A model generated the notes under the pieces. That model ran no database searches, was not told where the DNA came from, and saw nothing but the letters and a program-made list of their open reading frames with translations. A program made the translations under genes and the position numbers. A stretch of DNA of 63,135 bases, counting the filler, from Globobulimina sp. (lineage: Eukaryota): NCBI GenBank assembly GCA_003354225.1. It is 30 parts of 30 records of this genome, joined end to end, with 100 filler letters (N's around TTAATTAATTAA, not from the genome) between each part and the next. Parts side by side here need not be neighbours in the genome. Positions count along the whole stretch, not along the records: positions 1 to 2,010 come from PIVH01009780.1; positions 2,111 to 4,120 come from PIVH01009781.1; positions 4,221 to 6,230 come from PIVH01009782.1; positions 6,331 to 8,340 come from PIVH01009783.1; positions 8,441 to 10,450 come from PIVH01009784.1; positions 10,551 to 12,559 come from PIVH01009785.1; 24 more parts are not named here. One strand, 5' to 3'. Shown in pieces: positions 1 through 12,234 of this stretch; the stretch's first letter is position 1; every line of letters starts with the position of its first letter.

Positions 1-454
1 AGTTTGAAATTGATTTTTTTGAGTTTGAAACTAGTTCTTATATTTTGACATTGCGCAAATTCGCATAATTTAAGAGTTAGTTTCAAACTGAAACTAAAAC
101 AGCCAGCGAAGCATTAAAAGTGGTCGCCGGGACCTCGCAAGCAAAGGAAAACAAGAAAATATTATCAAAAGCATCGTGGAATTGTAAAAACTCGCAAATA
201 TCACAAATATTAAGTTTGGTTCATTCGTCATTGAAAAATGACAATAAAAAGCAATTACCGCCGCCAATCGATCATCATTTCGGATTTATTGGCTCAAATA
301 ATAATAATTCAACAATGCGTCAAATTCCTTGGCCGCAACCATTACAATTAAACAATAACAATTCGAATAACATGGAAACGGATGATATCGCATTTAAATT
401 CATATTAATATTCAAAACAGTTTCAAACTAAATTTTAAATTCAATTTCAAACTC
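1..454. repeat. Imperfect inverted repeat pair (1-33 vs ~418-454), MITE-like
   Basis: AGTTTGAAATTGAtttttttgAGTTTGAAACT at 1-32; the reverse complement of 418-453 is AGTTTGAAATTGAatttaaaatttAGTTTGAAACTg. Confidence 0.5.
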
Positions 455-473
455 AAATCCAATAAAATCAAAC

Positions 474-1323
474 CTTCATAACGCCAAATCCCATCACACA
501 TCACCCAATGACCCAAATTCATCGCCACATACAATCCAATATTTGCTCCAAATTCACTGCGCCTCAATAATTCAATATCATTAATACGGCCTGGCTCACC
601 ACCATGACAAAAATGACATTTCCCAAATCCAGAATGCACTGTCAAAAAATTGACAGTATGTTCCTTGCTGCGACCGTTATAATATTCCCTTTGTTGATGC
701 GGCGGCTTTTGGACTGTGACCTGTAATGTTTATATATTAAAATATAGTTTCAAAGTGAATATAAACTCAACATTATGGCCATCCATCATCCATACGGCCC
801 GATCGAATTTATCCGCAAATGCGCCAGCTCCAACCAATGCGTTATATGCCATGGATCCAACCAATGGCAATGTGAGCTCATCACCTCTTAATTTCAGGAA
901 TATAGACAGAATTAAATAAGAATCCATATAAATCATACTCTTACACATTCCCCACGTAATTTCCAGCATTTTCACATTATAATCCTTTAAAACCATAAAT
1001 GCCATCAATCCACGGTCATTGCCGGATAATCTGAACGGCCGTCCATTCGATGATAACCGTAATACACCGCCTTGCAACCACTCCTTAATACTATCTCTTG
1101 TAAACCTTAAAATTGGCCGAATGACGTCGAAATATCTACGCTTTAAAAAGTCGAAGGGAAATCCTGTTAAGCTAATAAATTGTGTGGCATTATTTAATGA
1201 TAATGCCGCTGTTGAAATTAACGGTTTCCTGCGTTTGTATTTTGCAGCAAATAGCCGTGGTTCGATTAAATATAATGATACTAACAATAATAGCATCAAT
1301 ATATTACGCTGAGAGACTGGCAT
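474..1323 (-). mobile_element. PIF/Harbinger-ISL2EU superfamily (DDE_Tnp_4-type) transposase, intron 721-771, C-terminus not found
   Basis: N-terminal FISLTG...GRPFRLSGND helix-turn-helix-type region. Removing GTTGAG...TTACAG (771-721) gives MMDGHNVTVQKPPHQQREYYNGRSKEHTVNFLTVHSGFGKCHFCHGGEPGRINDIELLRRSEF...VMCDGIW, matching the DG..RP..YNGxKxxH..GxPGxxND..D pattern. No region with the final catalytic E is seen. Confidence 0.8.
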
Positions 1324-2010
1324 AGTGCCGCTTTGCAAGGTGTTTGATAAGATCAGTACTTTAAAAAAAAACCTTTTCAAACGCAATAAAAATTCAGTAC
1401 ATATCGGACACCCCTATTGTCGTTTTTTAGGAATTCCAGGACTTTTAGAACTTTGCGTCTGTACAGAAATGAATTGCTGGCTGACAAAAACGTTATAAGG
1501 TAACAAATGCGTTGCTGATTGACAGAAAAACCTGTTCAAAACCTTGAGAAACGTTTCTATCTGCAGCGGGGCAGAAGAATCGCAAAGTTCCAAAATCCCA
1601 AAAGCCTATGGATCCTATGATTATGAAAATATGTATAAGCTGTTTTTAATCTAAAGAATTCTTTCATTCACTCGACTTCTCTACTAAGTTTCGGTTGCAC
1701 AGTATCGCTACTTTCCAAAACATTGCCCAGTACAGGCCAGTGGCCAGCTGCAGAATCTCATGCTCGAACGAAGAAATGGATAGGGCTTTGTTAAGGCTGC
1801 TGTTAGCTGCAACCTTTTATCTTCCTACAGAGCTGGTAGCACCCGCCATCCATTAGGCCCTATCTCCCCAGCACCTAGACTATGCCATTGCATTGGCATT
1901 GAAAGCAAAAGCACCGATTTTTGTTGCGCCATCGGTATTCACCGAAGCGGGAATGCGTGGAGAAATTGCCGCAATTGATCCTGTTGCTTCTACATTACTT
2001 ACTGAATTTT

Positions 2011-2110
2011 NNNNNNNNNNNNNNNNNNNNNNNNNNNNNNNNNNNNNNNNNNNNTTAATTAATTAANNNNNNNNNNNNNNNNNNNNNNNNNNNNNNNNNN
2101 NNNNNNNNNN
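2011..2110. other. Artificial contig spacer N44-TTAATTAATTAA-N44 (first of 29; last at 61030-61129)
   Basis: Identical 100-nt spacer about every 2.1 kb with a six-frame stop linker; contig lengths fall monotonically from 2010 to 2006 bp. Confidence 0.99.
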
Positions 2111-2923
2111 GGATTTACTATTTTGACCGGTGCCTTTACCCTCAATTGTTAATAATTCTTTTTTGGAGAGTTGTACCGCTGTATACGAGTACTTTCTCTT
2201 TCTATCTCTTATTTGTTTGGATTTGTATAAATAGCGACATAAAACAATTAATAGTATCAGCAATATGACACAAACTATAATAATGGTTACGAGTGTTGCG
2301 GTATTCCCTGTTTCTACGGAATCAATAGTACGGTCTGTAGCTAGTAATGTAAATATAATATCTGTAACAAGCCAATATCTGTCTGGTTGGTCGTTGTCAT
2401 ATTTGAATGAGGATATAAATGATATGTTATTTATGGGAATATTGGCTTTATATCGGGATGATTTTATGGATGATTTGATACTCCATACACTATCGTTGCA
2501 GAATGAGGGTAAAATATTATCAATGTTTGAATATTTGCGGATGGTGAAGCCCGCAGTTGTTGTGTATGGATAATCGGTTATATTATCAACGCGATAGTAT
2601 TCATTGGATGTAGTACCAATGTTTACTGTTATTTTATCAGTATTTGCAGTTATTTGACACGCAAATATTAATGTAAAATTCATGATTAATTCGCCAGCTA
2701 CACTTAGTTGAATATCAGTTCGTGATAAAGTAGTTTCTCCTTCATCGCCGTCAAATATTCCATGGTACTTTTTATTATTTGTTGATGTGCTATATATTGT
2801 TGTGATATTGTCATTTCCCCATCCATTCCAATCATCATTTGTGGTGCCGATGCGTAGTATTGTTTGACCAAATGCTATATGCATACAATTGATGTAAAAG
2901 CAGGCTAACAAAACAGCAGACAT
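2111..2923 (-). CDS. Type I single-pass membrane protein, 3' partial
   Basis: Signal-peptide-like N-terminus; TM segment LVTIIIVCVILLILLIVLC followed by a basic stop-transfer stretch; runs into the spacer. Confidence 0.6.
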
Positions 2924-3006
2924 TGTTCAGAAAGCAGTATTTTTAAACTAGGTTTTTGTTTAGAAACATTACCGTTTGCTTTCGTTTGTGACGAGCGTCT
3001 TCCAAA

Positions 3007-3405
3007 ATGACAGCGAGGACAGGATTTGAAATTGTCCAAACAAATGAACGAGCTGCAGAAGAGAATAAAGAGAATAAAGAAATGCAGGAAACGCGTGTAT
3101 TTGACGGATCCACGCACCAATTCCTGGTTTATTTTTTGGACGAAGGAGATAATAAACTTGACGTTTTCGGCTTGATTGTGGCCATTATTGTAGCTGTTTT
3201 ACAATACATGTTGTATTTTCATGTCATATTTGCTGATGATATGAAAAATTCATTTGAAGTCCCCGTCACAGTGAATCAATCCGTGTGTGAAGAATTTGCC
3301 AGGGAACCTGGCACGTTTCTACCATCATCAACTTTAAACTGTGATCCTGGCACACCTCCGGCGGATAGTTGGTACACGGTATTACTTACTGTGTCTTTAA
3401 TTTAA
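3007..3405 (+). pseudogene. Membrane protein fragment, probably frameshifted
   Basis: Hydrophobic segments; the ORF stops inside a hydrophobic stretch and coding-like sequence continues in another frame. Confidence 0.35.
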
Positions 3406-4220
3406 TTTACAACCTGATTTTTTTGCCTGTGCTCATGTATTATATTATGGTGGAAGTTCATGCAAAATATTTTGTTGGAAACTGTTTTTGTGCGCAAATA
3501 TTTGCGTCATCGCATCATTGGCTGTATATTGTGCGGCTTTGTATGTGATGATGGCGATAAGATTATTCGAAAAATTTTACGCGTTTCTTGCCACTAGGAG
3601 ACTTTTACCCACTTATTGTGTAGAAGTCGTATCTCGAATGATAACATTTCTCCTGCATTAATACACAATTTTGGTTGACAGTTATTTTACATTTGAGAGT
3701 TCTCCGCTGCATCTAAGATCGGAGCAAGTCATTTGTGTAGATATTGTTGAATTTGATTGTAAATATCCTCTTCCTTTAATTGTTATGGTTGAAGATGAAC
3801 GTATCGGAGAGTTACGTGTTGTATTATTATTGCCACATTCTTCTAGTTCTTTGCTTACTTTTCGTTTCTGATATGCATGATAATAGATTTTGGCAATCAT
3901 CGCTGCGATAACACCAATAATAAACGCAATAAATAACACTGTTCCTGATGTGGATGCTGGTGGATCATATATTGCCTGCTCAATTCAATCAGATCACACA
4001 TATGCAGTTTAAATAAGATATCATGCATACTCTAGGACAATTGATTGGTTTCATAATAAAATATTTAGAATTTATGGAAGAAAACGTGTGATCCATACAT
4101 TGTCTATTATCAATATGCCANNNNNNNNNNNNNNNNNNNNNNNNNNNNNNNNNNNNNNNNNNNNTTAATTAATTAANNNNNNNNNNNNNNNNNNNNNNNN
4201 NNNNNNNNNNNNNNNNNNNN

Positions 4221-5948
4221 GGCATTCAAGGCAGAATAACCTCCGGTTATAGTTTAGCTTTAATACAATACGAAATTGAGCTGAAAGTCAAAGAAAAATG
4301 CAAATCATATTTAAATAATTATAAAATAAATGGTCGATCGTATTACATTGATGATAATGGACAATTAGCGAAGAATATATTCAATTTAATTTATTTAAGA
4401 GTATACAATAAAATCGCTTTACAATTTGGATTAAATTTAAAAGACAATAAAACTCAATTAATAATTGGCAAAACATTGGAGGAATTATATGATTCTATAA
4501 TGTCGGACATTGAGTTTGTTAATACACTCAATATTGCGGGTGCCGACAAAATTGACTTCTCCAATTTGAAAATTCTGGAAAAAGGATCATTTGAAGTAAT
4601 GGGCGTACGCATTGGTAGTAAGAAAGACGTCGACAATTTTATGTTTGATAAAATCACAAAGTGGCTGAAAAACCTTAAAATGATTCAAAAACTCAAATCG
4701 ATTCATCATCAATACATTTTAATATCAAATTTTTATAATATTAATAAAATCAATTATTTAGCCAGGAACTTATCGTATTATGGCGTTAGTAAATGGCAAT
4801 TAAAATTCGATGAAATCTTCATTGGAATTCATAACAAAATCGTAGGTGAAAACATGTCAAATATCAATATAAAACATGCGAGTATTTCGTCTAAACGAGG
4901 TGGCCTAAGCATGCGCACAATTACACAAATTCAAAGCGCGGCATTCTTATCTTGCAATTCGAGCATCAATACTGTTTTAAAACGATTATTGGACAATGAT
5001 CTAATCCTATTTACAAATAAAAAGATGCAAAATATGAGAGATTTAGCTGTAAACAATTTTAATTCAAAAGTATTACCGCAATATCAAATCATTGAAGAAG
5101 GCAAATTAACGCAATCGGAGTTGATAGACCGTATCGATAAATCATATCTGAGTGAGTTGTATACTGTGTATGATTCGCGAGGAAAAGCAGCATTAAAATC
5201 AATCTCAAATTGGAAATGCGATTCGTGGTTGAAAGTAAATCCTGCAGTCGGTTATGGTGTCGATTATGATAATGTACAATTCAGATTATTGATGAAGCGA
5301 AGGCTAAATATGCCTATAATGAAAGAGGAAGCCGACTGCTTGCTATGTACAGCTAAATTAGATGTATACGGCGACCATGGTCTAAACTGCTCCTTTGGAC
5401 ATGGTAGAATCGGTAGACATAATTCTATGGCATGCGCGGTAATGGAAATCTGTAAAGGTGCCGGATTCAAATGTGAGTTAGAACTCAATGGCTTAGTTGA
5501 GGACTCAAGTAAGAAACCGGCAGACATTATGGTTTATAATTTATTCCCACAACACCACGGGGCCTTAGATGTTGGCATAACTAATATTGTCAGCGACAGT
5601 GGATCAAGAAACAGAGAAATTAAATTAATTAAAAGTGCGGAAAATAGGCTGGTTTGTGCCGACTTATATTACGCAACAAAAACAAGAAAATATGAAGCGA
5701 TTATTAATAATTCGGAGCTGAATTATAAATATAAACCACTCATTTTTGAATCAATGGGAGGTATTAACTATGAAAGTAAACAAACATTGAATTATATCAT
5801 TGGTGCAAAGTGTGTAGACAAAAACTTAGATCCTGATCAACAAAAATGTTTCATTTATCGGAAATTATTAGGTAAATTGCAAAAGGAGAATGCCGTTGCT
5901 ATATTGGAACATTATGCCCAATATTTTTATTTCAACGATCATCATTAA
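4221..5948 (+). mobile_element. Non-LTR retrotransposon ORF (RT C-terminal half, CCHC knuckle, restriction-like endonuclease), CRE-like, 5' partial
   Basis: Frame is open from the contig start: GIQG...YIDD (4344-4355)...FGLNLKDNKT, GGLSMR, CLLC...DVYGDHGLNC...RHN...E...KKPADI...ALDVGIT...K..KY...PLIFESMGG. Confidence 0.9.
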
Positions 5949-6330
5949 TTTATTAATCAATCAATCAAACATTTAATAACTTTGCTCGTTTGTTACATTG
6001 ACTTGGGTTACTTTTGCTGTTTGTTGTTTTTTTTTTGTTGTTTGTACGCCGTAATATAACAATCTTGTGATTTGTGTTATATGCGACAATCTTTTGATTA
6101 TTTATTAAGTCAATGTTCGAGCACTGGTAGTGCCTTTTTGGGAAAAAACGCCAGTAAAACTGTTTTATTTTTAACGAACGTGAGCTTACAAAAGCCCTAG
6201 AGGTAGTAAAATAGAAACGAAAAACACAACNNNNNNNNNNNNNNNNNNNNNNNNNNNNNNNNNNNNNNNNNNNNTTAATTAATTAANNNNNNNNNNNNNN
6301 NNNNNNNNNNNNNNNNNNNNNNNNNNNNNN

Positions 6331-7025
6331 TGTCTGGCATCGCCGGGCTCCCTTATCATCGATGAATGGCCACTCGATCTCGGCGCTGCTTGGTTTCGTA
6401 GCGGACTTCTTTGGACCTGCCGTTGTGGCCGTTGTTGGGGTATGGTATCCACAGATAATTGAGGCATATTAGGCACGTTATCCATTTCGTCGATGATATC
6501 GTTGTCGCTGTCATGCGAACTGTGCGGTGTTTGCGGCGGTAATGGCGGTGTGACAGTTTGTATATCTTGCACGAAAATAGAATTATTGGGAGTGGTGGAA
6601 TACTCATTGAGTGGGTTTACGATATTTTGCTGAACATATTCCACTCTCTTTGAGCGTGCTGGACTTGATATGGTTGACATATTTGATAGATTTGCAGATG
6701 GCGATGGTGATGGCGATGAGTGCGTATTTGGTGTTATCGGGTTTATGGTGGAAAATGTACTCCGATTTCCTGAGGAAATGTGGGTTGACGGAGTGATTGC
6801 GTTTGTTCTATGTAAGCTGTTATTGATTTGAAATGTCTCTGCTCCGCAGATTGAATTTGAATTTGACACTGTTTGCGCTCTTTGTGATTGGTGATTTTTA
6901 TTGAATGCATTCGGAGTGGAATTGATATGATTCATTGTTGGAAACGAACTGGATTGGAACTGCGGTTGTGTTATGCGAATAGATTGAGGGTGCGTATTTT
7001 TCTTGAATCGCCACATAAAATGCAT
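6331..7025 (-). CDS. Low-complexity S/P/T/N/Q-rich protein N-terminus, 3' partial, function unknown
   Basis: About 230 open codons running into the spacer; no recognisable domain. Confidence 0.45.
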
Positions 7026-8440
7026 TATTTTGTAAACATAGTCTCTTCAAAAAGGAATGATTATTAATAATATTGGTTTTAAACATTTTTTAGAAATAAT
7101 TCCACGATGTCAGCGATTCCAGGCAAATTCTGAAGACATTTTGATACATTAAATTCGGCGCTATTTATAAATATATATATTCGGTGCACTGCATGCTGAC
7201 ATTAAGACTTTAGTCAACAGACTGAAAAAAAGAAAAAAACTATCTTTTCATTTCAAAAACATTTAAAGGATTTGGATTATAAGCAAATGAATTAAACAAA
7301 CCATTAAATTCGATCGATAAGCAAATAGTAACGAGCGGCACATGCATGATTTCTTTTTCTTTATTTAGCTGATTGTGCGAATGGAATTAATTCACTGTAT
7401 ATTTTGTTATATAAATTTAATTTAGTTTTGTTTTGAATTTGAAACACACGCTGAAATAGACCAAATAGCATCAAATGTCCCACAAAAAGTGCCCTTTAAC
7501 TATATCCACAACATAGGCAGCGCTTGGCCGTAAATAATGCTGAACCTATTTTAGGAGTTGGCCAATGGACGTATTAGATCGCGACAGGCGGGTCAACAAC
7601 GTTGCTTCCTCTATAGCGGCACTTTTTGTGTTTATTTTCTCCAAAATCCAAATATCCATTTTAAATACAAACATTAAAATTTGAGAGAAAGAAAGTTTTT
7701 GTTTTGTTACTTTTGTAAGTTTCAAAAATAATGATTCGATCTAATTTAAGAACTGTTAATAATATTTATCATGAATTGAAATTGAATACTAAATTATTTT
7801 CACAGCACCCACATCTCAACAATGAATGGAAAATTTGCCACTTGAATTAAGAAATAAAATAAATATCAACAATCAATATCATGTTTTTGCGAATTTGTGT
7901 GTTTGAACTGGAAGGATCCCAGTAATTAGAAAGTGTGAAAGATACAAAAGTCATTAATTCAATAAAACGAATTCCCACTCACCTCGCTGCGCTCGGTTTA
8001 GTTGAAAATAGTTTAGTATTGAAAGCGGAGACAACTTATTTATTACAAATTATGATAAAATTTTATTGACTTAAAAACATTATTGGTATAAATGTAGAGT
8101 TGAGATAAAAAAAAAGGGATAAATAAATCTGTTCAGTTCAGTTCAGTTCTATCATTGCTGAGCGAGTTGAATTGTTTCCTTCAATGCCAAAATAATATCA
8201 ATTATTTGTTGTTTTTGTAAATGTTGATTTGCTCTGATTACTTCCGTATGTTCTTTCATAATAATCGCATTTTCCAAATCAGATTGAGGCAAATTACTCG
8301 GCTCAATATTAAGAGATTTGATTTCATTTAACACCACTTTNNNNNNNNNNNNNNNNNNNNNNNNNNNNNNNNNNNNNNNNNNNNTTAATTAATTAANNNN
8401 NNNNNNNNNNNNNNNNNNNNNNNNNNNNNNNNNNNNNNNN

Positions 8441-9577
8441 TTTTTTCACAAACGACGGTAATATATACCCATTACATAACACATAAACACATTTTAAAAT
8501 TCTTTTTCCAATCAAATATTCTCCATTCATATAACATGTATCGCTCAAAGCCTTTAATGACAACACTCTCCGATATAAATCATTTGTAACACAAGCAGCA
8601 ATCACCAAATATTGGTTTGCTACATCATATTTGTGATAAATTAAACTGTATACTTTCCCAAAAACATGAAAAAATCTCCCATGCGGATAACCGCCAATGT
8701 TAATAATTGTGGCATTATTTTCTTCTGCATATTTCTTACAATACCAATCAAATACAAATGTTATTTTATTTTTACCTTTTACTAACATTGCATTATCGTT
8801 CCATTTTTTCATTGATTTTGCATAATATTTCATTTTCAAACGAGAGTGACTAAAAAAAATTTGATTATAACAACGCCGTTTATAACAACCAAGCATATAC
8901 TTTTCTAATTTCATTAGCGATGTGCATCTTAATTCTGTTAATATAATCTTGGAGAAAAACAGCATCATATAACCCAAATATAATTCAGTCATTGCGTCCA
9001 TCAGTGCACAAGTCTCACATTTTTTATTTTTTATATAATGATCACAGCGTTTATTTGCAACATATTGTGAGTGCAGAACAGACAACATTTCAACCGTAAT
9101 ATAACGGAGTAAAAATTGATGGAATATAAATTTTGAATGACGCTGTCTATCGGAATTAGGCATATTTTCTAATGTTATTGGAGCCCATGGCCATAGTGCT
9201 GTATTTTTGTGACATGCAAAAATATGGTATTTCTCGAGTGCACCAATTGCGTTCGCTGAATCAAATAAATCAATCAGCTTTGTATCGTCAGCTTTGGTGC
9301 ATAATGATAGTATTTCATCATAATAACCATATTCAGACAGCATATCGATGAAATCATTACAATCGAGCAATTTCGATGCATCCTTTTTAGATGATTCCTT
9401 AACACGATTGGTTATTGAAGCACGTGTTGAAGATTTTTGTGTATTTTGAGAATGTCGTCGATGTAAGTAATTGGATTTCATTGGTACAAAATAATTCAGA
9501 TGGAAGTGTTTGCCAGTAACAGTTGAATCGAAATATATCGTAGCATGGTCAGGGCAGTGAAAAAATATATCATCCAT
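8441..9577 (-). CDS. Hypothetical protein, 3' partial
   Basis: About 379 open codons in AT-rich DNA; no domain recognised. Confidence 0.55.
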
Positions 9578-9643
9578 TTGCTGAAAAGAGAAATATGAAG
9601 ATGTTTATTAAATTAACATCAAAAAACCTCTATAAACTTTACT

Positions 9644-10243
9644 TTGGGTGCAATCATGTCTTTTGTTTACAAAAATAACAAGGTGCATGTAATAGAATGG
9701 ATAGGTGATACAGTAATATCGGTTACATTCCCCGAATTTAAACCAAAAGGGCATCACATTCGAATGGCATTCGAAATGGCAGAGGTCAATGATCTTAGAA
9801 CATTTCTTAAAAATAAGCCAATGTGGTGGGTTGCGATGAGATATAATTTAGTATTGAAAGAGGCAAAGCAACGTTGGTGTATGGAGACGTCCCAAAAAAC
9901 AATGCTAATGACAGCGGACTCGACGACCTGTTTTTTGGACCTAATTGTTATTAAAGAGGTTTTATTTGGGACTAAAATTGATATGATGAGTATGGCGGAA
10001 TTTCAATGGAATTTGGAATTAAAGAGAATGAAAGAGAATGAATGCAGAGTATGTGGGGTTGCTAAACATACACAAAAATTATACAAATGCAAATCTTGCA
10101 AAGCAATAAAATATTGTTGCAGAAAATGTCAAAAAATTGATTGGAAATTCAGACATCGACATTTTTGCAAGTTCTTAAAAAACAAACATATCCCACAATC
10201 ATTCAAACAAAAAGATATTTTTATGTTTGAAGGGGTCTTCTAA
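9644..10243 (+). CDS. MYND zinc-finger protein
   Basis: CRVC...CKSCKAIKYCCRKCQKIDWKFRHRHFC matches the zf-MYND pattern. Confidence 0.8.
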   Translation: MGAIMSFVYKNNKVHVIEWIGDTVISVTFPEFKPKGHHIRMAFEMAEVNDLRTFLKNKPMWWVAMRYNLVLKEAKQRWCMETSQKTMLMTADSTTCFLDLIVIKEVLFGTKIDMMSMAEFQWNLELKRMKENECRVCGVAKHTQKLYKCKSCKAIKYCCRKCQKIDWKFRHRHFCKFLKNKHIPQSFKQKDIFMFEGVF

Positions 10244-10551
10244 ACTTTGAATTGCAAACTACTTTATTATCAACGATATATTTCGTATTTTTTTGCATAT
10301 TTTTTATGATTGGTTGTTTGTAAACAAATGAATGACTAACAAACATAATGAAGAGATAGAAATAAATGATAACTCAACAAGGACATGGATTTAGTCTTCA
10401 AAACAGTATTGAAATCAATTTTTAACGACGTAATTGATAAGAATTCAAATNNNNNNNNNNNNNNNNNNNNNNNNNNNNNNNNNNNNNNNNNNNNTTAATT
10501 AATTAANNNNNNNNNNNNNNNNNNNNNNNNNNNNNNNNNNNNNNNNNNNNT

Positions 10552-11799
10552 TTCAACCGCAACGAAACTATTCGCACTCTGCGCTTTGCCAAAACGGCCA
10601 AATCTGTCAAAAATAAAGCAAAGGTCAACAAGGAATTAAGTAAAGCGCAGCTCATGGCATTGGTGAAAAAGCTGCACTCTGAAAACAAGAAATTGAAAGC
10701 AAAATTGGCATTGGCTGCCACCCAAACTATTAAAACCAAGAAAGACAATGCAATGAAAGTAGAAGCAGTGGCAGACGCAGACTCAGCTTCATTCAGTTCC
10801 TGTTCTCGACAGTTAACAAACACCAATGTCGAGTTACAGCTGTCACTGCAAATACAATTAAAGAACCGGTACGAGTCAAGAATCGATAATATAACATTGT
10901 CCAACCAAGAGCTGACCGTAAAAGTGAATGAATTGCAGCAACAAATCAAGCATATTAATAAATGCACCGAGGGAGAGAGTGATAAATGTAATAATTACAA
11001 AGCAAACGAGATATTGAGTAAATATTTTACAGTCTCAGATACAAAATGCATTGATTTGAGCGACAAACAATTGGATGAGATCGAGAGCAAAATTCAACGC
11101 TTATCGCGAAATATTTTTAATACAACATTCGCATTTGAAGAGTTTGCCGGTTTGAACAGTGCCACTCCCAAAGAAGGACAAAGAAACTTCGTATTTGACA
11201 CTCAGCGATTAACGCATTACTTAAACAACGCTATGCATACTATCGAGAAACAAAAAACGTTGTTGGCATTACGGAGCCAAGAATTAGAGACTCAAATCAA
11301 CAAAAAAAATATAGTTATTACTAATTTAGAGGATGCGATGGATATATTGATAATTTTGTTATTGAAGATTCATCAGAAAATCAAACAAATGGAAATCCAA
11401 TTACAAAAGTTGACTTTGGCGAAAATAATTTTATTATTCATGATTTTGCACTATAGGATAGTTTCGGTGATGCATAATAACTGCAAATTAAATTATTCGC
11501 ATCCAAATCCAAAATCTTGCAGACTACATAACAACTTGTTTTATATCGCGCAGAATGAAAGCATGAAGGACCGCATATGCAATGAGGAAACCGATGAGGA
11601 TTCGTTTGGTTTTGACGATCAGATTGCATATTTGTCCAATATTGAGGATATTGACAGTGATGGATACCGCTATGACGGTTTCGAGGCGCGGTGGGACGAA
11701 TGGGTGGATATTGTGATGAAGAATATATCTCACGTAAAGTCTTCGATTCCCAAGTCATGTTTGAACAATTCCATTTTGAACGACCTTGTTATGTTTTAA
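10552..11799 (+). CDS. Kinesin: end of motor domain, neck and coiled coil; 5' partial, possibly degenerate
   Basis: Frame from 10552 reads FNRNETIRTLRFAKTAKSVKNKAKVNKEL (ETxxTLRFAxxAKxIKN motif), followed by heptad-rich sequence. Confidence 0.8.
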   Translation, partial: FNRNETIRTLRFAKTAKSVKNKAKVNKELSKAQLMALVKKLHSENKKLKAKLALAATQTIKTKKDNAMKVEAVADADSASFSSCSRQLTNTNVELQLSLQIQLKNRYESRIDNITLSNQELTVKVNELQQQIKHINKCTEGESDKCNNYKANEILSKYFTVSDTKCIDLSDKQLDEIESKIQRLSRNIFNTTFAFEEFAGLNSATPKEGQRNFVFDTQRLTHYLNNAMHTIEKQKTLLALRSQELETQINKKNIVITNLEDAMDILIILLLKIHQKIKQMEIQLQKLTLAKIILLFMILHYRIVSVMHNNCKLNYSHPNPKSCRLHNNLFYIAQNESMKDRICNEETDEDSFGFDDQIAYLSNIEDIDSDGYRYDGFEARWDEWVDIVMKNISHVKSSIPKSCLNNSILNDLVMF

Positions 11800-12234
11800 A
11801 CAATGGCTTGGAATCATTGTTGAGAATATGAATGTTATATTTTGTGCAAAACACTAATTGATATTATATAATCATATGATTTCAGGTAAATCTATGCCAA
11901 GATGTTAGTGTCATATATTGGTATAGATCTCAGCCAGCACTGTATTATGAACTCCTGAGTCCTGAAACCATACAGTTTCCAAGCTATAAAAATTAGTGTT
12001 TTTTTTTCAAGTTACTTTGTGATTCAATTAATTTTAAAAAATGGTATTATATATTTTTTTTGAACGTTTTGTTGCAAATATTAATTTATTTTATATTTTT
12101 TTAGAATGTTAGAATTTCCAAATTGCAAAAGTAGCAGACGTAGCAGTAAAATAAGTAGATTTCCCTTAAAATAAGTAACTCCTAAAAACAGCTTAATTTT
12201 ACGCTTACTCCGCGAAAACTCCAATATCACAGAT

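Noticed and set aside
120-431. 103-aa ORF
   Set aside because: Low-complexity Asn-rich translation inside the inverted-repeat element; no support for coding.
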